A stretch of 64,000 nucleotides of DNA from the human T2T-CHM13v2.0 reference genome, Homo sapiens: the NCBI RefSeq assembly GCF_009914755.1, contig NC_060927.1. One strand, written 5' to 3'. The notes below the pieces were generated by a model. It was not told the DNA's origin. It worked only from the letters and a program-made list of their open reading frames with translations, and did not search any database. How positions within the stretch are numbered: position 1 is the stretch's first letter; the number at the start of each line of letters is the position of its first letter. The position numbers and the translations under genes were made by a program. Positions 30,490-44,369 of this stretch are shown here, piece by piece.

Positions 30490-31570
30490 CCAGGAGAACT
30501 ACACAGATCCTGGCTCCCAGTACCATTCTCTAATAAAATAAAAATAAAAATAAAAACAGGGCTCCTTGGAAAAATGGCTGATTCCAGAACTATAGCAGGA
30601 AAAATACAAGATCAGCCTGGACCATCTTGTAGGCCCAAAAAGTAAGGAAGTACTGAAAAAAAAAAAGTTTGAAGAAGACACACACACACACAAACACACA
30701 CGGATACACTTATGTCTAAGGGGCGTAAGAGCCAACTGAAAGAGCTTCTAGCCAAAGATAGAACAATTTGGGACACAAAGTTAAATAGTGTTGGATTATA
30801 GCCCAAAGTATAAAATAAATATCCGTGAGTCAATACTGATATAAATAAATGATTGACTAAAGAAATAAATGAGGAAGAATAGACAAGTTTCCCATGCAGG
30901 AGACTGCCAAATAGCTTGTGTGGATACTCCACCCTCAAGGAGGTGAAATATAACTCCTTAAGTACAGACTGCACATGGTAACTTCCTTCAAAAAGCACAG
31001 TATGAAAAGGGGTGGGGAAGAGTAACTTTATAGCAGAGAAACCTGACAAACACTACCTCAGCAGGCAATCAAGGTCAACATCAACAATGATAAGCAATGT
31101 TGATAGTAAGTACCCTTGATATGATGTCATGAGAATGGCACTTTACCTCTGTAGTTTCCCTCCCAAAAACTCGTAACCCCAGTCTAATCATGGGGAAATT
31201 ATGAGGGTTCTCCTAGTGAGACATCCTACGAAATGCCTGATCAGTACTTCTCAAAAACCATCAAGGTCATCAAAAACCAGAGAAATCTGAGAAACTGCCA
31301 AAGTCAAGGAAACTAAACTGGACAGGATTCTGGAGCAAAAGGAACATTAGGTGAAACCTAAGGAAATATAAATAAAAACATGAACATGAACATCAGTTAA
31401 TAATAGTGTATCCATATTAGTTCATTAATTGTGACAAATGTACCATCTTAACATAAAATGTTAGGGGAAACTGGGTGGGGTGTATATGGGAACTCTCTGT
31501 ACTATCTTCGCAACTTTTCTATACATCTAAAACTATTCTAAAATTAAATTTTTATTTAGAAAAACAAAAA
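30490..31570 (+). mobile_element. Old LINE-1 3' UTR (L1MC/L1MD-like)
   Basis: gagtaactttatagcagagaaacctgacaaacactacctc...aaggtcaacatcaac...tatatgggaactctctgtactatcttcgcaactttt. Confidence 0.8.
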
Positions 31571-31824
31571 CCAGAGCCTGAATGTAAAAACGAGTTTCAA
31601 CTATGGAATTGGCCCTGGAAGAATCTGGAGTACAGGCCAAAAAAAGAATTTCTCATTTTCTTGGAAAACAAGAAAGTACCACCTGACAAAATGCTTGCCT
31701 TCCATCACATTTTAAAGCTGACTTGCCTAACCGAGTGGCTATCTGATGATTCCAAATGAGGAAGCAATTTGCCAAGTCATAAAGCAATCTATTCCATGGT
31801 TATCTGATGACATCTATCAAAGTC

Positions 31825-32040
31825 CCCCCTGTTATCTTTCTCATAGCACACATTACTCACTTTTCTTTTAGAACTTACCTCTTGTGAATAAGTATTTCAA
31901 CAATTATCTGCTCAGTGTCTATCTTCCCCAGTACACTGGAGTTTTAAGAGGAGAGAAACCTCTTTCTGCACTGTATTCCCGGAACTTAGCAGAGTGGTAC
32001 CTCCTAGGTGCTCAATAACTATTTACTGAATGCTTGAATG
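31825..32040 (+). mobile_element. L2 3' end
   Basis: cttagcagagtg...taggtgctcaataactatttactgaatgcttgaatg. Confidence 0.65.
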
Positions 32041-32206
32041 CCAGTGCAGTCTAGAGGAGCAATGATCAACACTGCTAACTGTGGTGCAGAAAGAATGACA
32101 AGCCTGAGCTTTCTGAAGATTGAGGGGCCACTGGGACAAATATAGCTTCTCTCTCAATCTTTCCATCTCTTAGTTCACCCTCCAATTCACCAAATACAAT
32201 TATTTC

Positions 32207-32824
32207 TCTTTTTTTAACTTAAGTTCAGGGGTACATGTGCAGGTTTGTTACATAGGTGATAGTGTGTGTCATGGGTGTTTGTTGTACAGATTATTTCATC
32301 ACCCAGGTATTAAACCTAGTACCCATTAGTTATTTTTTCTGATCCCCTCCCTCCTCCCACCCTTCACCTTCCAGTAGGCCCCAGTGTGGGTTGCTTCCCT
32401 CTATGTGTCCATGTATTCTCATCATTTATAAGTCCCACTTATAAGTAAGAACATGCAGTACTTGGTTTTCTGTTCCTGTGTTAGTTTGCTAAGGATGATG
32501 GCCTCCAGCTCCATCTGTATCCCTGCAAAGGACATGATGTTGTTTGTTTCTGGCTGCATAGCATTCCATGGTATATATGTACCACATTATCTAGTCTACC
32601 ACTGAGGGGCATTTAGGTTGATTCCATGTCTGTGCTATTGTGAATAGTGCTGCAATGAACATACGCATGCATGTATCTTTATAATAGAATGATTTATATT
32701 CCTTTGGGTATATACCCAGTAACGGGGTTGCTGGATCAAATGATATTTCTGTCTTTAGGTCTCTGAGGAATTGCCACACTGTCTTCCACAATGACTGAAA
32801 TAATTTATACTCCCACCAACAGTG
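32207..32824 (-). mobile_element. 5'-truncated LINE-1 (older L1PA)
   Basis: Minus ORF 32591-32833 is the ORF2p C-terminus (LHCWWEYKL...WNQPKCPS); perfect TSD caaatacaattatttc 32191-32206 / 32825-32840. Confidence 0.93.
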
Positions 32825-35361
32825 CAAATACAATTATTTCAAAGGCTTTCAAATAAGATCAAGGAGTGAAATTTAACCTGTTTTAATCAAATCTAGACCT
32901 AGAAAACACTAAAGTTTCCTAAAATGCAAGCAAATTATAAGATCCACATATTTTCTTTTATATGGCTCATCTATGCCCTCAGAACTGAGTCTAGTCCAGG
33001 CATTACAAGGAAAACCTAGACTCCTAAAAACCACAGGAAACATGTGGCCAAAAGCACTGTGGGGAAAAACCAAAAGCATAACACAGATTTCAGTAGGGAC
33101 ACTTGGTATGAAGTCTCCCTGGTATATCAATCTTCATTATTATTTTATTCTATAAGTGCATTCCAGATCACAGCAAGTTAGTAGTTTTGCCATATCTTTC
33201 ACTGCCTGGCTTTATGTAAGTGCTGCTAAGAATAAAATTAAGCAGTGGGAGAAAAACATCAGTTTGGTGTCTAAATTTAGAAAACTTGATGAATAAATCT
33301 ATTAAATCCATCATGGGGAGAGAGAAGAGCAAATCATGTCTTATTGGAAAGATAAAATAAATAGAAAATAAAAGGTGATTGTCTTTATAATTTAGAACAA
33401 CGGATTTCAATGTAAAGCCCCCCCCCTTTTATTTACAAATATATTGGTTGATTGTGTATTTTCATTCACGTAACCCTCAACTTGAATTTTTAAAAAGACA
33501 TACTGTGAGGCAAGAAACCATACAGAAAATCATTACTGGAGCCCTGAATTCTGTATTTATTGGGGGAGGACCTTTATGAGATCCTACTTATGTGATATAA
33601 ATCATCCTCTGAAGATCATGGAAAGCAGGTGCCTAACATTCTGCACTGCAGACATCTGGCAGGCTTTTATCCTCACACTCCACCCTCCCGCTCAACATCT
33701 GGCAGCCCCTTCATCCCTGCTCCCCACCCCCACCCCCAACTGCCTCCCAACATCTGCCACACACTTCTCTTAACCTCAGAAGCAAATCCAGTCCAAAGCT
33801 CAAAGACACAATGTTCCAGGGGTGGTGACCTAGAGTTACACGCTGGGTGGGAGTAAAGCAGGGTTTGTTTTTATTTTTTTCCTAAACTTTAAATGAATAC
33901 ACAATTCACTTGGAAGTATGCTTTAATGTCAAACTGGTTCTCACTGAGAAGCTTGTTTAAAATTGAAATCCATTGTTACTATGAACCTCTTTTTATAAGT
34001 TTTAAATCACCTTGGGAATTGGAGGGTACAATCAAAAAAGTATGGGGAGGAGAATAATTTTATGCTGATGACATGCATCTTATGAGCAGAGAGAATTAAT
34101 TCTGATTGGAGAAAAATGGGCAGAATACTTGTGGCTTGTCTATGAAGTACAAATCATTTAAAGGAGCTGTCTTAAACCTAATCCAAAATGTTTTGAAACC
34201 TATTTAAGGAAGTGAGTGCCATTTGAATTCCACATTAGTTTAGAAATTCCTCCTTATGGCACTCACTGGTTTATAGAGCCATCTCACTCATAATCTCCCT
34301 GGTTCTGAACAGGAAGACAACTTCTTAGTTAGGGCTCACCCTGAAGTACTTCTCCTCACCTGAGTAAATCACCTGACTTAACGCTTCCTACTAACACATT
34401 TGTATTCCGGCTACACTACTCTGACAGTTTGCTGTTAACCATTTCACGGTATTTACCTTAGGGTTACCTGAATGAGTAAACTCCCCAACTATTTCCTCCC
34501 ACACCCACTCTCAGCCACCCGTACACACATAATTCTCCTTCTCCTCCCTTCTTTAGACCAACCCTATTACTTTCCTTCAAATGAAGAAATGCTCGCTGTT
34601 TCTTTTTCCAGAGGAACATGGATAAAACCACATAACCCTGAGTGATCTGGGCACAGGTGACTTCCTGAGATGGTCCTGGCTTCTGATGAAATAAACATTC
34701 CAAACTCAAAGCCACTCTGGGCCTTGGATGGCTGCCAAGATGCTGGATGTATCACAGAGACTCCGCAGGCCAGAGCTCTATGAAAGCATTTTATCATTTT
34801 ATTACACACTTAAATTAGTAATTACTTCTGGGACATTATTTAGATTCTGTTGTAGTGTGCAATTTCTTGTTTAAAAGTTTAAATATGTTTAGTGACTATT
34901 CCTTATTTGGAATTCCTTGCACATATGTTTGTCTGGGTTTTTTTCCCTAACAATCCTCTATTTTTGTTCCAAAGAATACTAGAACAAAGAGATACATCAA
35001 CATTGTTTTCTCTTTTGATAGTTACCTGGAGTAGGGAAATTTTTATGCTTATTAAAATCACAGGGGATGGTAAACTAAGTTAGGTTGGAAGTTGACTAGA
35101 ATTGTTCATGGCCTTTGCATGTTGAAGTTATTATTACCAGGATGATGATGACAAAAATAAAGTCTATAGGGAGAGCACAACAGGCTGAACTGATACATGG
35201 TTTACCAGAAACAGCATGTCAATGGCAGACAGAGGACTTGCCTTCTAGTCCCAGTCTCCGTTTTGTTAGCTCTGCGATGTTTGGATCTTGGTTTTTTTCA
35301 TCTAGAATGATTAAGTTTGTCTAAATATATTTTTCTTAACTTTGTATTATGAAAAAATCTA

Positions 35362-36594
35362 GAGTAGCTGCAACACTAGAAAGATGGCGGAGCAAGAGCA
35401 AAGAAAAATCCCTTTGGTTCCAGAAAATCTCCTGAAAAAGAGGAAGGCTTATCAAGCCCTCAAAGCCACCCAGGCAAAGCAGGCACTTTTGGCAAAGAAG
35501 GAGCAGAGGAAAGGAAAAGGGCCAGGTTTAAGCAACTGCAATTATTCCTACATGATTCCTGGCAGCAGAAATATGGCAAGGTGAGTCTTTGACGACTAGA
35601 AGTGAAACCTCATGACTTGGAATTGCCAGATAAACATTCCTTGGCCTTTGTTGTACTCATCGAAAGGATTGATGGCATGAGTTTACTGGTGCAGAGAACC
35701 ATTGTAAGACTTTGCCTAAAGAAAATTTTTAGTGGTGTCTCTGTAAAAGTCACCCCTCAGAACCTAAAAATGCTGCATATAATAGAACCTTGTGTGACCT
35801 GGGGATTTCCAAATCTGAAGTCTCTCTGGGAACTTCTTTTGAAATGTGGACAAGCCAAGGTCAAGAATAAGACCATCCTTCTGACAGACAACACAGCGAT
35901 TGAGGAGCATCTGGGGAAGTTTGGTGTCATTTGCTTGGAAGACCTCATTCATGAAATTGCGCTCCCAGGGAAGCATTTCCAGGAGATCTCATGGTTCTTG
36001 CACCCTTTCCACCTCTCGGTGGCCTGCCATGCTACCAAAAATAGAGTGGGCATCCTCAAGGAGATGGGCACATCTGGCTATTGGGGTGAACGCATCAATC
36101 AGCTCATCCACCTGCTGAACTAGACCCAGGTGCCAAACTGCAGTCAATTTGTATCAATGAAGTGGAAGCCAGTGATTTTGTTCTTTTGGGAATTTTTATC
36201 AAGTATCTTCAGAGACGATTATTTCCTGCTTTATCTTCAAAAACTGGAAAGGAAGGGTCAAAGAAAAGACAGTAGCTATGTTCACGGCAAGCACCTCTCA
36301 TCACAGTCCAGTTCCGAGGAAAAATTCCAGCGTTTTCCACATTGGCTGCCTCCTCGTCTGAAATCAGCACATTCCATGGAGGAAGGAGTCTTGCTTTGTT
36401 GCATCTTCTTTCCTAAGGTTTAATGCTGCTAAATGAGTAACTCTAGCATTTGTACAAGGCTCCCTAAGACTATTGCAGGGGTCGACCAAGCCCAGGGACA
36501 TAATTGAATCTGGAGATTCTTGGGGCCTTGTTTTGAAAAAGACTTGAAATGCACATAGGAAGAAAGGCACAAAAATAAATGTTCACTTGACTCG

Positions 36595-36627
<33 letters not shown>

Positions 36628-36629
36628 AA
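35362..36629 (+). pseudogene. RPL7L1P: Processed pseudogene of RPL7L1 (ribosomal protein L7-like 1)
   Basis: Intronless; ATG 35384 [27 protein letters not shown]...; frameshift near 35522; in-frame TGA near 35590; downstream frame ...WGFPNLKS...[15 protein letters not shown]...ERINQLI to TAG 36123; AATAAA 36574-36579; poly-A 36597-36625; TSD gaaaaaatcta 35351-35361 / 36630-36640. The pseudogene number cannot be determined from the sequence. Confidence 0.95.
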
Positions 36630-37718
36630 GAAAAAATCTATTTATAAAAGTACTGAGAGTAATATAAGTAATCCAGCTTCGGTAATTATCAATATATCTG
36701 GCCTCATCTCTATTGCTTTAATTTGCCCCTTGTTTCCTGCTGTCTTTTAAAGCAAACCCTAGAAATCGTAATATTTCATCTGTAAATATTTGAGTATTTC
36801 TAAGAGATAAAGACTTTTGCCTTAGCCACATTAATTAATCATTACATCAAAACAAACTAATTGACAAGACCAAAAACAAAAGAACAAAACCACTTAACAA
36901 TAATTCCTTCAATCCCTTTCAACTCAGACATTTCAAGACCCAAAGCCTACAAGCTAGACCTGAGTCAGTTATAGCCACAGAGTCCTAAGAACTGACGCTT
37001 TTTACTCTATTCTATAAATTACTAAGAGTTTTAGCATTTTTACCTGATAGACTTCACTGGTCTCCAATTCTGGACTTCAAACCAAAAAGGAACATGAAAA
37101 ACATAGAGAGCATTAAGTAAAGAGCCAACCAAAAGGTTTTGGTGTTCAAAAAGAAGGTAGATTCCTTATAAAACTTGAAAGAACTAGAATTATTCTGACT
37201 AAAAAGGAGACATGCCAATGGAGTACATTAGAAGCAAAAATCATTCACTCATTCATTCATTCATGTACTTTTTCATTCATTCATTCGTTCAACAAATGCT
37301 AATTGAGGGACAATGGTAAGTGACGGGGATGCAATGACACAAAGTGTCACCACAGGAAGTGTGGCAATAAGCTAGTCTCCATCTTCAATTAGGGAAAAAG
37401 TAACACCAATGGGGCTAAACATGCAGCGGTGACACTAGCAAAATATTGAAGAGGGTTTTCAAGGGACACTGGGAATCTCCTATCAGAGACAGGAGAACTT
37501 CATTTTTGTTTAGGATGGTTTAAATATGCACAGAGCATAGAAAACATTTTAGGGATGCTATAGGATTTTGTAGACCCCAAATTTATCCTTTGTCAAGAAA
37601 AGTATAAAATACAGAATAGATGCCGTAATGATTTCTATTACCTGATATTTGCATCTGTCTGGTGTTGGGAGTTACCCTACATGTAAAGACAAAATCACCC
37701 TAAAAATTTAGGTTTGCT

Positions 37719-38028
<310 letters not shown>

Positions 38029-38679
38029 TGTTTGCTCCTCTCTGAAATTGAAAATGTAAAATATAACTTAACTTCACCTCTCCAAACAGAAGTCGAAGGT
38101 GTGCGAAACACAATTGGAAGATAGAGAGGTCCATTAAAATTTATTTCAGTCTTATTTCCCCTCAACGCTCCTGCTACTAGGATACCAGCCTCTATCATCT
38201 GATAACTGTAAGATTTATAAGTTGCTGCATCACCACAGTAATTTTGATATTGGCAATTTAAAAGCCCAGTGACTGAGAAAGACCACCTGAAGTAACTCAG
38301 ACACCTGCAAAAAGACAGCCCTGAGACAAACAGTGAAGTGATTGACCCCCTTATTACTCTTCCCTTTTCTCCCACCCCACGGCCTTCACCTGGGTTAGCC
38401 ATTCACAACCTCCCTTAGATAAGATTCTGGCTCCTGACTTCATTCTCCTCCTGCCTCCCACCTACCCCAGCCAAAGAAATGCCCCTACATACTTCCCACT
38501 CACCCAGAGTCATTTTTAGCATGAAATTAATGTTTTTAAAAGATAATGTGAATATAAAAATAACTGAATTTGTTTGCTCTCCCAAAATGTATATTTTCAT
38601 TTTTATGTACACCTCCTAAATTCGTCAATTGATCATTAATATAAAACAGGTGGGTACATACCGCTGACTTTACTAAGAG

Positions 38680-38850
38680 CTTTCAGATGCATTGTCCAAT
38701 TTAATCTAATCTCCACAGCACCCCACTGCCCTCCCAACCCAGATTTGTAGCATTTTACAGATGAAGAAACTGAGGTCCAAACAGACTAAGTCGCTTTTCC
38801 ATGATCACTCAGAACTAAGAGACAGAGGCATTTCTGACTTCAAATCCTGC
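38680..38850 (-). mobile_element. MIR
   Basis: cattttacagatgaagaaactgaggtcc core. Confidence 0.7.
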
Positions 38851-39539
38851 CTCAACATCTGGAAAGCTAAGTGCTTATAGTCAGTCTCCCTTGTGGAGTA
38901 CAGGCAGGGCCATCACCTGCTTAACTGGGAAAGAAGCAACACTCAACACTCACCCTAAGGTCTTACCCTTTGTAGACCAGTCCTTTAGCTTTCTGATTCC
39001 AAATGATTTGCTGCTGCTGTTGTTGTTGTTCATTTATTTCATTTTGTTTCCACAATCTCAGCATACTTAGCTAAGAAAATGCTTTAACCCTAAGAGACTT
39101 TTCATTGAGACCATCTTAGACACCTGTGGTCCCCCAGTAGAGGCGAGGCCTCTCCAAATGGCACTACACACTCAAAAGATACCCGGGCTGGCTCTTAAAT
39201 CCCTGCTTGCCATATAAGAAAGCAAAGTCAGTCAAAATGAGGGACTGTCTCAGTCTTCGGTGCATGAATGGTCAACTTTGGCACCCTTGGTTGACTTGGT
39301 CAGTGATCCAGAAAGTTCAGTATAAATAAATCATATAGATGCCACATTGAAATGAGTGTCACTGGATTAGCCAATGAGTGAAAAGAGAAGCAATCAGAAA
39401 GCAGATAGCACTACCACCATCCTAGGGTTGGCTAAGCCACCTCTGTCTTTCACTATACATAGGGTTTATGTTAAAGGGAAACTGGCTAGATCCATGTATA
39501 TTCAAATCTGTGTGATAATGCACCATCTTCTCACAGGAA

Positions 39540-39965
39540 TCTCCTAGACTGGGAGTCCAGATGCCTACAGTCTAATCTCAGATCTCATGAGTTCTGTGAT
39601 GCTAATAACTCACTTAACCTATCTGGGCCTCAATTCCTTCATCTGTAAAACAGGGGCACTGAGAAGGTTTGAGCTGAATTAGAATTCCCACTTCTAACAC
39701 TGCACAAGGGACACTATACTGCATTCTCTTCTGGAAGGATGTAACTTTGCACAAAGAGGCAGTAGGACATACACACTGGAATTAGTCAACCTGCATTTGA
39801 ATCCTGGTTCTGCCATTTACTAGCTATGTGTCTCTCAGCAACTTACTTAACTTTTCTAAGACTCAGTTTTGTTATTTATTATAAATAACAATAATAATTA
39901 TTGAGAAGTCAAATGAAAGAATGCATATAAACTGATGAGCAGAGTGCCTGGCACACAAGAAGTGA
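39540..39965 (+). mobile_element. Two MIR fragments
   Basis: cacttaacctatctgggcctcaattccttcatctgtaaaa; tttgaatcctggttctgccatttactagctatgtg. Confidence 0.7.
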
Positions 39966-40419
39966 TCTTTAAAAATGCTAGTTCATATGACATTTAAACA
40001 TGTTTCTTATTTTTGTGCATCAAAAATGTTCATGTGTATCAAAAATGGAAATGATTCATTTCATTCTGTTTTTTAAGCTTTCTGGTTTTTGTGTAAACCT
40101 GGAAAAATTGTTCATAAGCTCAAGTTCAACTCCAGTTATAAATTCAAAGATGTCTGATTAAAAACTCTCTACCTTGTTGTGGAAACTCATTTGTTGTAAT
40201 ATTCCATTAAGCCAGCTGTGAGCTGGTCAACTGAGCACCCACTGTGTGTCAAGCACATCTGAAAGAATGTAAATGCTTGAAAGGATCATTTAAGCAAAAC
40301 CTATACAAAGAAATATACTCCTAATTCCTTTATTTTTTGATTCTGTTATTTTATATCATTGACCCTTAGACACAACCATTGAAATTAGTCCAGAAAGAGA
40401 GTGTGTATGTTTTATGTCA

Positions 40420-41000
40420 TTCGTTTACTCAAAAAATATTTATAACCATGTATTCTGTACATGATGCTGTGCAAATCTGAAGCAGATGCAGATTATCTAA
40501 TCCCCAGCTCCTAGGAGCTTGTTATCTTGTAGAAAAGATGCTACATACAGATATACCTATCAACCAAAGCAGTATTCATGTGCCATTAAAAAACACAAAG
40601 TAAAGAAAAATGAAAAATTATTTCTAGCTGGAGACAGAGAAGAAGTAAGGTGAACCTCTTGAAGAAGGTGGTATTTATACTGGTCCTTTAATGGCGAGCA
40701 GGATTTCAATGATTAAGAGATAGGTTTTAGGGAGGAGAGTCCCTGAGGGCCTCCGAGAAATTAGGAATGACAGGCATCAGCAAAGACTGGGAGAGTCAGA
40801 TCCATGACATCCATCCATGAAACGTGGCAGAGTCCCATCTGGTCAGCATGTGAGATACAGGCAACAGTGAGCACCAGGTTGGGAACGCTTTGCCTCAGCG
40901 GAGTTTAGGCATCATTTAGTAAACAAGGGCAAAGCATGGAGGATTTGAAGAGCAAGGGGAAAATGCTCTCAGAGGTGTTTTAGGAAGAACGATCCGGCAC
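40420..41000 (-). mobile_element. L2 fragment
   Basis: cattcgtttactcaaaaaatattta...aggagcttgttatct; degenerate antisense L2 body. Confidence 0.55.
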
Positions 41001-44000
41001 TATGATCTATTTCTCCTTTCCCAGAGAAAAGCCCTACAACCTATGTCCCTCAAAACAATATGTTTATCCTCAATGTCTCTAAAAAGTGCTATGGCCATCC
41101 CTAGTAGCATATTAACTGTTTAAATAAAAGCATTATGTGAAAGCCTGCAGTCCTTATGTCAGGGTAACATTGAAGGTGCAAGGCACGTGTCAGAAGATGA
41201 AATAAACTCAGAGTAACCTATCCCCTCTAGAGTCCTGGCTTTAAATTCAGGTTGCATCATAAATGAATAGGGTTTGGTGGCCTCCCGCCTATCTCCTGGG
41301 AACATTTGTTTGATTTACAAAAGTACGACACAATTTGACACACTCAGTATAATTAGCATTCGCTATTTGGGAGAATGCCCCCAGACAGCTAGAATTCAAA
41401 TGCACCGAAGCCAGACCTGAATTTTTTTTCTCTGTCCTCCTCTTCCATTTTTTTTTTTCCTGCTCTCTCCTTTCTTCATCAGAGGACCATGCAAGCTGGA
41501 GATTCGAGGAAGCAAATCCCAGATGTCCCGGGTGCTCTACACACCAAATCAAGCAACAAAATGCATGTTTCAGCCTCTACCGTTCTGCTATGCGTAGAGA
41601 ACAGAGGCTGTTGTTATATGTTCTGCTCCCCAGACTTCTTCATGCAACTGTTGATTACACAGTGTTGGTTTCACATAAAGAGTTTTTCTGGAAGAAGTCC
41701 CATTTCAGAGAGAGGTGCTTAGTATTTAACAGTGCTCCTGCTAATAATGATTAAAGTTATTACTGTTACTTAAATAAAGCAGGGCATAAATACATAGAAG
41801 ACATTGGGTTAACTACTGCTCACAACATATGAAAATATCCTCTTTTCTCAAGCACAGGAGTTTGCCTGTTCATTTTAAATCTGTTTAATTCCAATTTTAG
41901 GGGGCCTTGTGACAGTCATCCAAAAGTTAGCTGCCAAAACTGTGACTATATTAAGCTGTTTATCACACACCAACTAAAGGTGGTGCGTGCTGGTAGACAC
42001 ACAGAAAAGCAAAGAAAATTGGAGCTCATTAGCCAGGGAGGCCAGGAAAGCTTTAGGAAAATTCTGAACTGGGAAATATTTGTTAGAGAATTTTAGTTGT
42101 GTTTCTTCTAAGGACAAAAAAAAAAAAAAAAAACAATCTAAGTTTATAAACAGAAGCAGCATAAATGAGTTAATTTTAAAGTTATAATAGACAATGAAGA
42201 GGTGAGGATAAATAGAAAACACAGACCTCAAACTCCAAGGCAAGTGAACGGAATCTTCAATTTCTTGATCCTTTGGTTTGACATGGTTGACACGCTTCCC
42301 ATGGCTCACAGCCTGAAAATGCAAGGCAAGAAATTCATTTTCTATTTTTTTTCTATCCAAAAGTTACATGTGTCATTTTAGAATCATCACAAGTTTCAAT
42401 TGGATGGGATCCAAAAAAATGTCATCTTCCTGTGAGTGCGTAGCAATATAGCAATGCAGAAATGGAATCATAACTGACCTGGAAAACAAGGAGGGCCTCT
42501 CCAAACTCCACATCCGAATGGACACACCACATTTGGTTTCTTCTCAGCAGTGACTAATTTTGATTAGATTTGAAGGCCCAATTTAAGCTTAGCCTAGAAG
42601 CTGCTTCCACTGCTTATTAGTGGTCTGTGCCCTCATTAACTATCATTGAAGAATGAGGTGGAAACAATCATTCAAGAGCATCTACTCAACTCTACATTCA
42701 AAGCCACAGCAGTTTATTTTATCCTTTGGTTTGGTGACGGCTTGGGAAGGGGAAGTCAATTTTCCTTCATTTCTTGGAATAGAATTGGAAACTAATTGCA
42801 TGTTGCTCTTAAAATTCGTTAAAAAATAGTTTGAAACTAGCCCATAACGTCACATAACCATAGATGACAATTGGCCCCTAATTGTACCTCAAAGTTTAGC
42901 CACTGACGGTTCATTTGTATTTTCCTTCTCAACACGCTTTCCCCCTCCCCAGCACCCCAAACAAAACATGCTACTTTTAAATAAGATTTGTGGAAAGTCC
43001 TAAATGGGGTACCATAGACGAGTAAACAGTGTCACCTAGTGGGCCAGAGGACACTAGGAAAAGAAGAAAACTAGTAATCTGTACAAATGAAAATACCGGC
43101 CAACTGACAGCATTAGGCCACATTTTGCCTTCATTTTTGCCCTCTGTTGTCAACCATGAGCAAAGAAGAAAGTTTCCTCCAGGACACACTAATAAATAAT
43201 CACAAACAAATAAACGCCAAACCCCACAGCTTTCCCTCTCTAGTTCCCTAATAAAGATCTTACCTAAGTAAAAATAACAGCTGGCATTAATTCAGCATTT
43301 ACAGAGAGCGGATATTTTGCAGAGAGCTTTACCTGGGGCATCTCACTTGGTTACCCAGAGTCCCATTATTGGTTAGGGAGCTTTGGTGACTTGCTTGAAA
43401 TCATAGACTCTGACACAGCCCCTGTGGTAACACCTGCTCTGTAGTACCCCCCACACAGCCCAAGGGCAAACAATGAGATCTCGGAGGGACAAATATATGT
43501 AATAACAGAATCATTAGACACATATTAAGCATTTACTGTGCCCCAGACTATTTAGGGGATACTAAAATGCACTGACATGGATCCTGCCCTCTAACAAGTT
43601 GTCATCTAAAGGATCCATTTGTAGAGTACTTTAGAGTTACTATCATTTCAGGCTATCTTCATGTGCCTACAATGTAATCAAGGTCCTGATTTTAGAAATG
43701 AGGTTTTGGGATTCATCCAAGTTCACACAGGTAAGAAGTGTCAGCCCTTCAGATTTAAAGGTGAGTGGATCACTCCACCTCTTGCTGCCTCTTTCACCAG
43801 TGCAGCTGCTAGAGATCTCTGGTTTCATGACGAGGTATGGAGGCCACAGACGGCAGAGAGCTGACTCAGAGAACAATTACCACAGGGTTCAGGGGTGGAA
43901 TGTTCTTTCCCTCTACCATCTCCAAACCATCCCAGCCTGACAGGAATGACCATAAATCAAATCTCTTGATAGATTAGATTAAAACAGATAATTCCCATTC

Positions 44001-44055
44001 TGTGGGTCTCAAAGAATGAGAACTATAAGGAGATTTTCTTAATTTAAAAAGGGGT

Positions 44056-44346
44056 GCCGGGCGCAGTGACTCACGCCTGTAATCCCAGCACTTCGGGAGG
44101 ACAAGGTGGGTGGATCGCCTGAGGTCAGGAGCTTGAGACCAGCCTGACTAATATGGTGAAACCCCATCTCTACTAAAAATGCAAAAATTAGCCAGGCGTG
44201 GTGGCAGGCACCTGTAATCTCAGCTACTCAGGAGGCTGAGGCAGGAGGATTGCTTGAACCTGGGAGGCGGAGGATGAAGTGAGCCAAGAGCATGCCACTG
44301 CACTCCAGCCTGGGTGACAGAGTGAGACCCCATTTCAAAAAAAAAA
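44056..44346 (+). mobile_element. Alu (AluS-like)
   Basis: Full dimer with A tail. Confidence 0.97.
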
Positions 44347-44369
44347 GTGGGGGCGGCAGGAGTGGCATA

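Noticed and set aside
34350-34475. Cluster of minus-strand donor-like motifs
   Set aside because: No matching acceptor or reading frame; compatible with chance
35384-36123. Functional RPL7L1 CDS
   Set aside because: Frameshift, in-frame TGA, no introns, poly-A and TSD indicate a processed pseudogene
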